DNA from: Gammaproteobacteria bacterium
GTDB lineage: Bacteria > Pseudomonadota > Gammaproteobacteria > Tenderiales > Tenderiaceae
NCBI GenBank assembly: GCA_050301075.1
Contig: JBNKYV010000093.1
Location: 1 to 28,149, forward strand
Direction: 5' to 3'
DNA length: 28,149 nt
A model generated the notes under the pieces. That model was not told the origin of the DNA, did no database searches, and was given only the letters and a program-made list of their open reading frames with translations. Positions 9,699 to 18,022 of the stretch are shown in pieces; the stretch's first letter is position 1, and each line of letters opens with the position of its first letter. Both the position numbers and the translations under genes were made by a program.

Positions 9699-10274
9699 AT
9701 GGTTTTTGCCATCAACAAACGCTTTATTGGGCTAATTGTTGTTCTGATCTTGGCTGTATTCAGTTGGTGGTTGCAGCAGCGAGAAGATTTGTCTCAGGGC
9801 GTAGAAGAAGAGGGCGACGGCCACGTGGTTGATTACGCCATTCGCGATTTTGAAATGGCGGCGATGGATGATACTGGCAAGCCGCGTCATCATTTAACAG
9901 CGCTCTCTATGGAGCACTATGCAGATGACGATAGTGCTAAATTGGAACGCCCTAACTTGCAGGTCTATCGTAAAAACGGCGAACCGTGGGTTGTTAAATC
10001 CGATTCAGCCTTGGTGTATCAGGGGGGATCGGTTGTGCATATGCAAGGTGCTGTGCAGATGCGTCGGTTGGATGAGGCGGGGCAAACCTCTATGCAAGTG
10101 GATACAAGAGACTTGTGGGTTTATGCCGATCAGGAGTATGCAGAATCTGCGGAGGCGGTTGTGATTCAGGATTCGATGGGTGTAACGCGGGCCGAGGGAA
10201 TGAAGGTCGATATCAAGGCCGGGAGATTACAGTTGCTGGCGGCCGTGCGTGGCGAATACACACTGGAGCGATAG
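9699..10274 (+). CDS. lptC: LPS export ABC transporter periplasmic protein LptC
   Basis: Single N-terminal TM helix, then beta-jellyroll-like repeats ending VRGEY; position kdsC-lptC-lptA-lptB. Confidence 0.88.
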   Translation: MVFAINKRFIGLIVVLILAVFSWWLQQREDLSQGVEEEGDGHVVDYAIRDFEMAAMDDTGKPRHHLTALSMEHYADDDSAKLERPNLQVYRKNGEPWVVKSDSALVYQGGSVVHMQGAVQMRRLDEAGQTSMQVDTRDLWVYADQEYAESAEAVVIQDSMGVTRAEGMKVDIKAGRLQLLAAVRGEYTLER

Positions 10275-10799
10275 ATGATTAAAAAAGTTGCCATTCTCTG
10301 TGCATTGCTGGCTGCTGGTTCAGTCTTGGCCGAAGATGCTCCGCAAACAGAACCACAGCCCATCTACATCGAGTCTGACAGTCTTGATATTGATGATACA
10401 AAAGGTATTAGCATCTACCGCGGTAACGTCCGTTTTCGCCAGGGTAGTGCTAGCTTGAGTGCCGACGTCGTGAAGGTGTATGCCAAGCAGCGTCAGGATG
10501 TTGAAAAAATCATTGCTGAGGGCAAGCCCGCGCGCTTTGAGCAAAAAGCGGAAAAAGAGGGTGAGCAGGACTCTAGCGGTGAGGCGAATCTGATTGAATA
10601 TCACGCAGCGGAGTCGCTGGTGGTGTTGGATGGTAACGCTCGTTTTCAGCAAGGCGAAAATGTCTTTGCCGGAAACCGTGTCGAGTATCAGAGCGACACC
10701 AAAGTCGTGCGTGCAGGAAAGAGTGTTGCGGATGAGGGGCGGGTACAGATCGTGATTCAACCGCGTAATGGTGATGGCCAGAAAGAGAGTGCCCAATAG
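10275..10799 (+). CDS. lptA: LPS transport periplasmic protein LptA
   Basis: Signal peptide; PIYIESDSL, YRGNV, AEGKPARFEQ, GRVQIVIQP motifs. Confidence 0.93.
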   Translation: MIKKVAILCALLAAGSVLAEDAPQTEPQPIYIESDSLDIDDTKGISIYRGNVRFRQGSASLSADVVKVYAKQRQDVEKIIAEGKPARFEQKAEKEGEQDSSGEANLIEYHAAESLVVLDGNARFQQGENVFAGNRVEYQSDTKVVRAGKSVADEGRVQIVIQPRNGDGQKESAQ

Positions 10800-10836
10800 G
10801 CATGCATTTCTTGTGTAACGGATTGGATTAAGCTCA

Positions 10837-11577
10837 GTGGCACACACTAAACCTCAAATGGCACTACGTGCCGTAGATATACAAAAAGCGTATCGTGGGC
10901 GCGAAGTTGTAAAAGGTGTCTCTGTCACTGTTAACAGTGGTGAGGTTGTGGGGCTACTGGGTCCTAACGGTGCCGGTAAAACCACCAGCTTTTACATGAT
11001 TGTAGGACTGGTGCCCTGCGATAAAGGGCAGCTGTTGATCGATAAAACAGATATCACCAAATTGCCTATGCACGCACGGGCGCGAATGGGTATCGGCTAT
11101 TTGCCTCAGGAGGCCTCTGTTTTTCGCAAGTTGAGCGTGGTGGATAACATTAAGGCAATTCTTGAAACCCAACCGCTTAGTGACAATGAGCAAGAGGAGT
11201 TGTTGGAGAGCCTGCTGCACGAGCTACATATTGGCCATATCCGTGACAGTTTGGGCATGAGTCTTTCGGGTGGTGAGCGTCGTCGTGTTGAGATTGCGCG
11301 CACTTTGGCAATGCAACCCGCATTCATTTTGTTGGATGAGCCTTTTGCAGGTGTCGACCCCATTTCCGTAATTGATATTCAGCGTATAATCACGCACCTT
11401 AAAGAGCGTGGTATTGGCGTGTTAATCACTGATCACAACGTCAGGGAAACGCTTGGAATTTGTGAGCGCGCATACATCATGAGCGAAGGGCAAGTGATCG
11501 CTCAGGGTGAGCCCGATAGTATTCTGGCCAATGAGCAGGTGCGAAAAGTTTATCTGGGTGAGCACTTTCGGCTTTAA
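10837..11577 (+). CDS. lptB: LPS export ABC transporter ATP-binding protein LptB
   Basis: [63 protein letters not shown]. True start may be ATG 10858. Confidence 0.97.
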   Translation: MAHTKPQMALRAVDIQKAYRGREVVKGVSVTVNSGEVVGLLGPNGAGKTTSFYMIVGLVPCDKGQLLIDKTDITKLPMHARARMGIGYLPQEASVFRKLSVVDNIKAILETQPLSDNEQEELLESLLHELHIGHIRDSLGMSLSGGERRRVEIARTLAMQPAFILLDEPFAGVDPISVIDIQRIITHLKERGIGVLITDHNVRETLGICERAYIMSEGQVIAQGEPDSILANEQVRKVYLGEHFRL

Positions 11578-11676
11578 ATTTCAAGACTGTAACAATGTTT
11601 TATCTAGGTTAAACTTTCCCTATGACCGGACGATTCCTAAAACATCAGCAGTAGTATTGGGGTATTCCTCTCTTTT

Positions 11677-13227
11677 ATGAAACAGTCTCTTCAACTCCGT
11701 CTTGGACAACACCTGACCATGACGCCGCAACTGCAGCAGGCCATACGTCTGTTGCAGCTGTCTACGCTCGACCTGCAGGCAGAGATTCAGGAAGCATTGG
11801 AGAGTAATCCCCTGCTTGAGGTTAATGAAACCGGGGATGAAAACTGGGATGCGGGTGAAGGTGCTGAAACATCAGCCTCCAATACTGAGCAAAGTGATGC
11901 CCAGCAGACAAGCGCTTCTGAATCCTCGCAGGGAGAGGAATTTAGTGCCTCAACTGATAACGCTGATTCCAGCGTAGACCTGCAAAGCACTGATATGCCA
12001 GACGATCTTCCCGTGGATAGTAACTGGGAAGATGTTTATGACTCGGTTTTGCCTGCATCAACAGCCAGCTCTGCCCCCAGTGATGACGACCGCAATTTTG
12101 AAAACCAGGGCGGCGGCGGTGAATCGCTTCAGGATCATCTCTATTGGCAAATGGAATTGACGCCTTTTTCTCCAGTAGATCGTCGCATTGCCGAAGCGAT
12201 TATCGATTCTATCGATAACGAAGGTTATCTGGTGTCATCACTGGATGAGATCTTGGGTGGCCTAGATCTGGAAGAGTTTGAATTGCCAGAAGACGAGCCG
12301 GTCGAGCTAGACGAAGTTGAAGCGGTATTGCGTCGCATTCAACAGTTTGATCCGGTAGGCGTTGGCGCCAGAGATTTGCGTGAATGTTTGCTATTGCAGT
12401 TGGCGCAATTGGATCAGGGGGCCGATGGTGTCGTCGATGCCGTGGCGCTAGTGAAAAACTTCATCGAGTTATTGGGTGGTCGCGATTACAACCAGATCAT
12501 GCGTAAGATGAAAATTACGCGTGAGGCACTGCAAAAAGCCATTCAAGTGGTGCAAACAGTTAATCCCAAGCCTGGCAGTATTATCTCTTCCGAGGCACCC
12601 GAATATATCGTGCCCGATGTGCTTGTTAAAAAAGACAAAGAGAAGTGGCGCGTTGAACTGAATATCGAAGCGGTACCACGTCTTAGGGTCAATGCCCACT
12701 ATGCCGGTTTGATTCGCCGTGCAGACAACAGCGCGGATAACACCTATCTACGTAACAATCTCCAGGAAGCACGCTGGTTTATCAAAAGCCTGAACAGTCG
12801 TAATGAAACGTTGCTTAAAGTTTCCACTGCGATTGTTGAGCGTCAGCGCGGTTTTCTTGAACACGGTGAAGAGGCGATGAAAGCCTTGGTACTACATGAC
12901 ATAGCCGAAGAGCTTGGCATGCATGAATCCACTATCTCGCGCGTCACTACCAAAAAGTATATGCACACACCTCGTGGCATATTTGAACTCAAGTATTTCT
13001 TTTCCAGCCACGTCAGTACAGCTAGCGGTGGAGCCTGTTCGTCGACCGCTATCCGTGCCTTGATCAAAAAACTGATTGCCGCTGAAAATCCCGGCAAGCC
13101 CTTAAGTGATAGCAAACTTGCTAAAATATTAGAGGAAGAAGGGATTAACGTTGCGCGACGCACTGTTGCCAAATACCGCGAGGCGATGTCGATACCGCCT
13201 TCCAATGAACGTAAGCGCCTCGTATAG
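11677..13227 (+). CDS. rpoN: RNA polymerase sigma-54 factor
   Basis: Region [29 protein letters not shown], acidic region [13 protein letters not shown], RpoN box [10 protein letters not shown]. Confidence 0.99.
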   Translation: MKQSLQLRLGQHLTMTPQLQQAIRLLQLSTLDLQAEIQEALESNPLLEVNETGDENWDAGEGAETSASNTEQSDAQQTSASESSQGEEFSASTDNADSSVDLQSTDMPDDLPVDSNWEDVYDSVLPASTASSAPSDDDRNFENQGGGGESLQDHLYWQMELTPFSPVDRRIAEAIIDSIDNEGYLVSSLDEILGGLDLEEFELPEDEPVELDEVEAVLRRIQQFDPVGVGARDLRECLLLQLAQLDQGADGVVDAVALVKNFIELLGGRDYNQIMRKMKITREALQKAIQVVQTVNPKPGSIISSEAPEYIVPDVLVKKDKEKWRVELNIEAVPRLRVNAHYAGLIRRADNSADNTYLRNNLQEARWFIKSLNSRNETLLKVSTAIVERQRGFLEHGEEAMKALVLHDIAEELGMHESTISRVTTKKYMHTPRGIFELKYFFSSHVSTASGGACSSTAIRALIKKLIAAENPGKPLSDSKLAKILEEEGINVARRTVAKYREAMSIPPSNERKRLV

Positions 13228-13259
13228 CGGCGAAGAATTAGCAAGTAGATTTATAACCG

Positions 13260-13742
13260 ATGGAAATATCAGACATTATTGCGCCCGGACATGTATTTTG
13301 TGATGTCGCGGTAAGTAGTAAAAAGCGCGCCTTGGAAGTGCTCAGTGGCCTGTTGGTTGAGGCCGGCTCCCCAATCGAGGAGGCAGAGATCTTCAATGGT
13401 CTGATCGCACGTGAACGCTTGGGTAGTACAGGCTTGGGGCATGGCGTGGCCATCCCGCACGGGCGTTTCGAGAACTTGGAGAATGCCATGGGTATTTTCG
13501 TGAAGTTTGAAGAGGCTATCGACTTTGATGCTATCGATGGTGGAGCGGTTGATCTGGTCTTTGTGTTGATGGTGCCGCACGAGTCCACTGAAGAGCATTT
13601 AGAGTTGCTGGCATCATTGGCGGAAATGTTTGGCGATTCTGTCTTGCGTGATAAATTGCGTGACTCGTCTTCACCAGAGGCGATTGTGTCAGCAATTACT
13701 TCATGGCAGATTGATAACAATAAAGTCGCGTCATCGGCGTAG
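13260..13742 (+). CDS. ptsN: PTS EIIA (Ntr/fructose-mannitol family) nitrogen-regulatory protein
   Basis: SSKKRALE, ARERLGSTGLGHGVAIPHGR (phospho-His), FDAIDGGAVDL; downstream of rpoN. Confidence 0.92.
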   Translation: MEISDIIAPGHVFCDVAVSSKKRALEVLSGLLVEAGSPIEEAEIFNGLIARERLGSTGLGHGVAIPHGRFENLENAMGIFVKFEEAIDFDAIDGGAVDLVFVLMVPHESTEEHLELLASLAEMFGDSVLRDKLRDSSSPEAIVSAITSWQIDNNKVASSA

Positions 13743-13810
13743 CTAGAATCCATACCAGCGGCCGCCACAATAATTCAATGCGATAAAAAAGGGGAGATGT
13801 GGAGGACGTG

Positions 13811-14632
13811 ATGACCATTAATGAGTTTTACCAACAGTTCTCCTCTGAACTACTGCTGCGCCAACTGGTTGTCAGAGGCTATGCGCAGATACACCTGAGA
13901 GAGCTTTCTCAGTTTCAATACCTGGAGCAGGTGACTGTCCCCTTAGAACTCTCTTCAGACGTGGACTGTGTTGTGGTCCACCACTCTACTCTTGATGAAT
14001 ATCTAACCTCCGTATGTGACTCACAAGGCATTGCCTTGCTGACCACGGCGATGGATGCCCACTCTTTCCTGCATGCATTACAAAGCTGTTCGCTCTTTCA
14101 GAGCCCTAATAGCGTTGCGCGTTATGGCACTTTGATCCGTGTGGCAGGGCAAGGTGTCTTGATCCGCGGTGAGAGCGGTAGTGGTAAAAGCGATTTAGCG
14201 CTTGGTCTTGTTGATCGTGGACATAAACTGATTGCTGATGATCAGGTCGAATTCTCCAATATGGATGGCCGTTTGGTGGGAAGCTGCCCTGCCGGTTTTC
14301 TTGGCTATATCGAGATTCGTGGTCTCGGTATTATCAACGTGATGGATATCTATGGCGATGACGCTGTAATAGAGCGTTGTGAACTCGACCTTGTCGTTAC
14401 CCTCGGTTGTGACGATATGGAAGAAGAGGCCCGCATCCATGGCATGTATGGCGACTGGCAGTTGGAAGGAATTAGTGTGCCTGAGGTATTGATTCCTTAT
14501 AGCGTAAGTCGCAATATGCCATTGCTCATCGAAACAGCTGCGCGAGTGAATCAACTACGCCAGCAAGGCTATGATGCGGCGACAGATTTTGAATCCATGG
14601 TTGATCGCCTGGTGCGACAGGAGAATGCATGA
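13811..14632 (+). CDS. hprK: HPr kinase/phosphorylase, divergent (short N-domain, conserved His replaced by Tyr)
   Basis: Walker A GESGSGKS, LIADD, signature IEIRGLGIINV, RNMPLLIETAA; lies between ptsN and rapZ. ATG 13811 follows GGAGG at 13801-13805. Confidence 0.88.
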   Translation: MTINEFYQQFSSELLLRQLVVRGYAQIHLRELSQFQYLEQVTVPLELSSDVDCVVVHHSTLDEYLTSVCDSQGIALLTTAMDAHSFLHALQSCSLFQSPNSVARYGTLIRVAGQGVLIRGESGSGKSDLALGLVDRGHKLIADDQVEFSNMDGRLVGSCPAGFLGYIEIRGLGIINVMDIYGDDAVIERCELDLVVTLGCDDMEEEARIHGMYGDWQLEGISVPEVLIPYSVSRNMPLLIETAARVNQLRQQGYDAATDFESMVDRLVRQENA

Positions 14633-15483
14633 AGCTGATTATTGTCAGTGGCCTTTCCGGCTCCGGCAAGAGTGTGGTGTTGCACTCGCTGGAAGACCTG
14701 GGATGCTATTGCATTGATAATTTGCCGCTTAGCTTGCTAAAGGAGTTTGCCAGCCAAATCTCCAGCTCTGGTCTCGGTCATTACGACTGTGCTGCAGTTG
14801 GAATTGATGCGCGCAATATTACTGATGGCTTTGAAGACTTTGCTGATCTGCTGGTTCAGCTACGTAAGTTAGGCGTAGAGTGCGAGGTTATCTTTTTACA
14901 GGCAGAGCAAAGTACGCTCATTAAGCGCTTCAGCGAAACGCGCCGTAAACATCCGCTGACGCGCTCCGGCGTTTCGTTAGCTGAGGCGATTCAAATGGAG
15001 CGTCGATTGCTGGCTGCAGTGGCCATCAATGCGGATTGGTGTGTGGATACAACGCATACCAACCTCCATCAATTGCGTGACATGGTTCGTGAGCGCGTGC
15101 TTAATGAATCCAAAACCATGGCGTTAACGTTTTATTCCTTTGGTTTTAAGCATGGCGTGCCTGTTGATACCGACTTTGTCTTTGATGTGCGTTGTTTGCC
15201 TAATCCCCATTGGGATCCCAAACTACGCGCCTTGACCGGGCTTGATGTTGAAGTGCAACTGTTTCTTGCCAAGCAGTCCGCCGTAAATGACATGTACCAA
15301 TCCATTGAAAGTTTTCTGGAGCGCTGGTTGCCAAGTTTTCATGCGGATAATCGCTCCTATATGACGGTTGCCATCGGTTGTACTGGTGGCCAGCACCGAT
15401 CTGTCTATATGGCTAAACGTCTGGCGGATCATTTTGCTGAATCTGAATTTGATGTGCTGTTAAGGCATAGAGAGTTGTTATGA
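14629..15483 (+). CDS. rapZ: RNase adapter RapZ / YhbJ family P-loop protein
   Basis: SGLSGSGKS, YCIDNLP, RFSETRRKHPL, SFGFKHGVP, FDVRCLPNPHW, GCTGGQHRSV. ATGA overlap with hprK stop. Confidence 0.97.
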   Translation: MKLIIVSGLSGSGKSVVLHSLEDLGCYCIDNLPLSLLKEFASQISSSGLGHYDCAAVGIDARNITDGFEDFADLLVQLRKLGVECEVIFLQAEQSTLIKRFSETRRKHPLTRSGVSLAEAIQMERRLLAAVAINADWCVDTTHTNLHQLRDMVRERVLNESKTMALTFYSFGFKHGVPVDTDFVFDVRCLPNPHWDPKLRALTGLDVEVQLFLAKQSAVNDMYQSIESFLERWLPSFHADNRSYMTVAIGCTGGQHRSVYMAKRLADHFAESEFDVLLRHRELL

Positions 15484-15878
15484 CAACAGGGTTGTTGATT
15501 ATTACCCACGACACGATTGGAAGTGCGTTGGTCGATACCGCATCGGTCATGTTGGAAATGTGCCCGATGGCGCTGGAGATCTTGTCGGTCTCTCCCGGTT
15601 GTAAACCTGAGGATCTGCACGATAAAGCATTAGCGGCATTACGCAGGCTGGAAGACGGCGCTGGTGTGTTAGTGTTAACCGATATGTATGGCTCTACCCC
15701 CAGCAATGTAGCTAATCGTCTGGTTGCCGAAGGCAATGTGATAGTCGTGGCAGGGTTGAATCTGCCGATGTTAATTCGTGTGTTTAATTACCCGGGGCTA
15801 ACGCTTGAGGAGTTGGCGGAAAAGGCCGTGAGTGGTGGTCAAAACGGTGTGTTTTCCTGCAAGGATGATTGCTTGTGA
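15480..15878 (+). CDS. PTS EIIA component, mannose/fructose/sorbose family
   Basis: LLIITH (phospho-His), GVLVLTDMYGSTPSNVA, VVAGLNLPMLIR. ATGA overlap with rapZ. Confidence 0.9.
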   Translation: MTTGLLIITHDTIGSALVDTASVMLEMCPMALEILSVSPGCKPEDLHDKALAALRRLEDGAGVLVLTDMYGSTPSNVANRLVAEGNVIVVAGLNLPMLIRVFNYPGLTLEELAEKAVSGGQNGVFSCKDDCL

Positions 15879-16144
15879 TTCAAAAAGAACTCGACATTAT
15901 TAACAAGCTTGGCCTGCACGCCCGTGCCGCCTCTAAACTGGTTAAGCTGGCGACACGCTTTGAAAGCGAGATTACTATCGCCAAGGGTGATCGCAAAGCC
16001 AGTGGTAAGAGTATTATGGGGGTAATGATGTTGGCTGCCAGTTGTGGCACAACTATCTCTCTTGAGGTTGATGGCGCTGATGAAGCAGAGGCGGCTGAAG
16101 CCATTGAACAATTGATTGGAGACCGTTTTGGTGAAGCTGAATAA
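15875..16144 (+). CDS. ptsH: HPr family phosphocarrier (His15 and Ser46 intact)
   Basis: NKLGLHARAAS (His15 motif) and GKSIMGVMMLAA (Ser46 motif). GTG 15875 overlaps the EIIA stop (GTGA). Confidence 0.93.
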   Translation: MIQKELDIINKLGLHARAASKLVKLATRFESEITIAKGDRKASGKSIMGVMMLAASCGTTISLEVDGADEAEAAEAIEQLIGDRFGEAE

Positions 16145-16183
16145 CAACCGGCCTTGTTCTCCATCTGACTTCAATGTGGAGTT

Positions 16184-17941
16184 ATGTCCAGCCTCGCGCT
16201 AAGAGGTAAAGGGGTCTCCAAAGGCGTTGCTATTGGCAAGGTCTATCTGCTGCAACGCAACCAGTTAAAAGTACGCGAATATAAAATCCCACCAAGTCTG
16301 GTTGAGAACGAGGTCGAACGCTTTAAAGAGGCGGTAGAGATCGCCAAAGCGCAACTCGCATCTATTCTTGATCGTATACCGCCTTCAACACCGGCGGATA
16401 TTGTCTCCTTCATCGATACCCATTTGTTGATGATGTCTGATCGGGCATTGTCATCAGAGCCTATTCATCTGATTCGTAAGCGCAGTTGTAATGCTGAGTG
16501 GGCATTAAAGCTTCAGCGTGATGCTGTAGTCGCTGTGTTTGAAGAGATGGATGATGCCTACCTGCGTACACGAAAAGATGATGTCGATTATGTTGTGAGT
16601 CGTGTGCAGCGCATTCTGCTGAATCAGAATGAAGTGGTGGATGGTGTAGGCGAAGGAGATCTGGAAGGGTGTATTCTGATTGCCGATGATCTGGCTCCGG
16701 CAGACACCGTGACGATGAAGCATGAAGGTATAGCAGGATTCATTACTGAATTTGGTGGTCCTACCTCACATACTGCCATTCTGGCGCGTAGCCTGGGCAT
16801 ACCTGCGGTGGTGGGTGTTGGCCAAGTCATGCGTTATCTGGAGCAGGGTGAGAATATTGTGGTTGATGGTGACACCGGCCATATTCTTGCGGGCACCTCA
16901 TGCGTTTGTTCGGACTATTACAACAAACGACGCATGGCTTATCTAAGCCATCAAATTGATCTATGTAAATTAAACGATAAGCCAGCAGTGACCAAGGATG
17001 GTGTGAGCATCTCGCTGAAAGCCAACATAGAATTGGTTGAAGACCTGCACTTGATGCAGTCTGTTGATGCCAAAGGGGTTGGCCTTTATCGTACTGAATT
17101 TTTATTTCTTGGCCGTGAAAGCTTGCCCGGTGAAGATGAACAGTATGCGGAGTACTGCAAAGTGGCGCGTCAGATTAATAATTTGCCGCTGACAATTCGC
17201 ACGCTTGATTTGGGTATGGATAAACCTTTGCCGGAACATCATCGCCTGGCGGGCAATCCTGATATTGCCACTAATGCGGCGTTAGGTTTGCGGGCTATTC
17301 GTCTCTGCTTGCGAGATAAAACGCTCTTTATTCCGCAGTTACGCGCCATACTGCGCGCCTCTGCCACACATCCGGTGAGCATTTTAATTCCTATGCTGGC
17401 GAGCCTTGATGAGATTAACCAAGTAAAGGCTGCTGTTGCCGAGCTTAAGAGTGAATTGAATGAGCAAAATATTGCCTATGATGAAAATGTCCAAATTGGT
17501 GGCATGATCGAAGTGCCGGCCGCGGCGCTAGCCGCTGATGTGTTTGCCCAGCATCTCGACTTTTTATCCATTGGTACCAATGACCTTATCCAATACACCA
17601 TGGCGGCAGATCGTTTGGACAATAGCGTTAACTATCTTTATCAGCCCTCACACCCGGCGGTGCTCAAGTTGATTCAGATGACGATTCACGCGGGGGAAGC
17701 TGCGGGGATTCCGGTTGCCATGTGTGGCGAGATGGCAGGTGATCCCCGTTACACGCGTTTATTACTGGGCATGGGGTTGCGAGAGTTTAGTATGCAGCCA
17801 ACAGCATTGCCGGAGATTAAGTCAATTGTGCAAGAGAGTGATGTGGTTGAATTGCAAAAACAGGTGCAGGAAATTCTTAAACAGGCTTCAGCAATGCAGG
17901 CAGATGAGCTGATTGATCAACTTAATAGTGCTTCGTTATAA
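16184..17941 (+). CDS. ptsI: PEP-protein phosphotransferase (PTS enzyme I, no GAF domain)
   Basis: GGPTSHTAILAR (phospho-His), GLYRTEF, IRTLDLG, MIEVP, SIGTNDLIQY, MCGEMAGD. At 585 aa it begins directly with the EI N-domain, unlike the longer GAF-bearing PtsP/EI-Ntr. Confidence 0.95.
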   Translation: MSSLALRGKGVSKGVAIGKVYLLQRNQLKVREYKIPPSLVENEVERFKEAVEIAKAQLASILDRIPPSTPADIVSFIDTHLLMMSDRALSSEPIHLIRKRSCNAEWALKLQRDAVVAVFEEMDDAYLRTRKDDVDYVVSRVQRILLNQNEVVDGVGEGDLEGCILIADDLAPADTVTMKHEGIAGFITEFGGPTSHTAILARSLGIPAVVGVGQVMRYLEQGENIVVDGDTGHILAGTSCVCSDYYNKRRMAYLSHQIDLCKLNDKPAVTKDGVSISLKANIELVEDLHLMQSVDAKGVGLYRTEFLFLGRESLPGEDEQYAEYCKVARQINNLPLTIRTLDLGMDKPLPEHHRLAGNPDIATNAALGLRAIRLCLRDKTLFIPQLRAILRASATHPVSILIPMLASLDEINQVKAAVAELKSELNEQNIAYDENVQIGGMIEVPAAALAADVFAQHLDFLSIGTNDLIQYTMAADRLDNSVNYLYQPSHPAVLKLIQMTIHAGEAAGIPVAMCGEMAGDPRYTRLLLGMGLREFSMQPTALPEIKSIVQESDVVELQKQVQEILKQASAMQADELIDQLNSASL

Positions 17942-18022
17942 AAAATTCATCGTTATGGGCTAGCTTAGTTTAGCCATCCCCCTTAAAATTTTACTTTCTA
18001 TTCCGCCCGCAAGTTGATGGTT

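Noticed and set aside
7080-10623. Two E. coli-type Chi octamers GCTGGTGG (7080-7087, 10616-10623)
   Set aside because: About one copy is expected by chance on both strands of 28 kb, both fall in coding Leu-Val codons, and the Chi sequence of this lineage is unknown.
13238-13768. 176-aa antisense ORF spanning ptsN
   Set aside because: Ser/Ala-rich mirror translation of ptsN with no domain features.
16159-16181. CTCCAT...GTGGAG stem that could mask the ptsI SD
   Set aside because: Only 6 bp with an 11-nt loop, too weak to support without folding energy or conservation.
17942-18022. Possible Mg2+ riboswitch or leader peptide upstream of mgtE
   Set aside because: The 81-bp spacer is too short for an M-box/ykoK element, holds only a weak GGCTA/TAGCC stem, and has no Pro-rich leader ORF.
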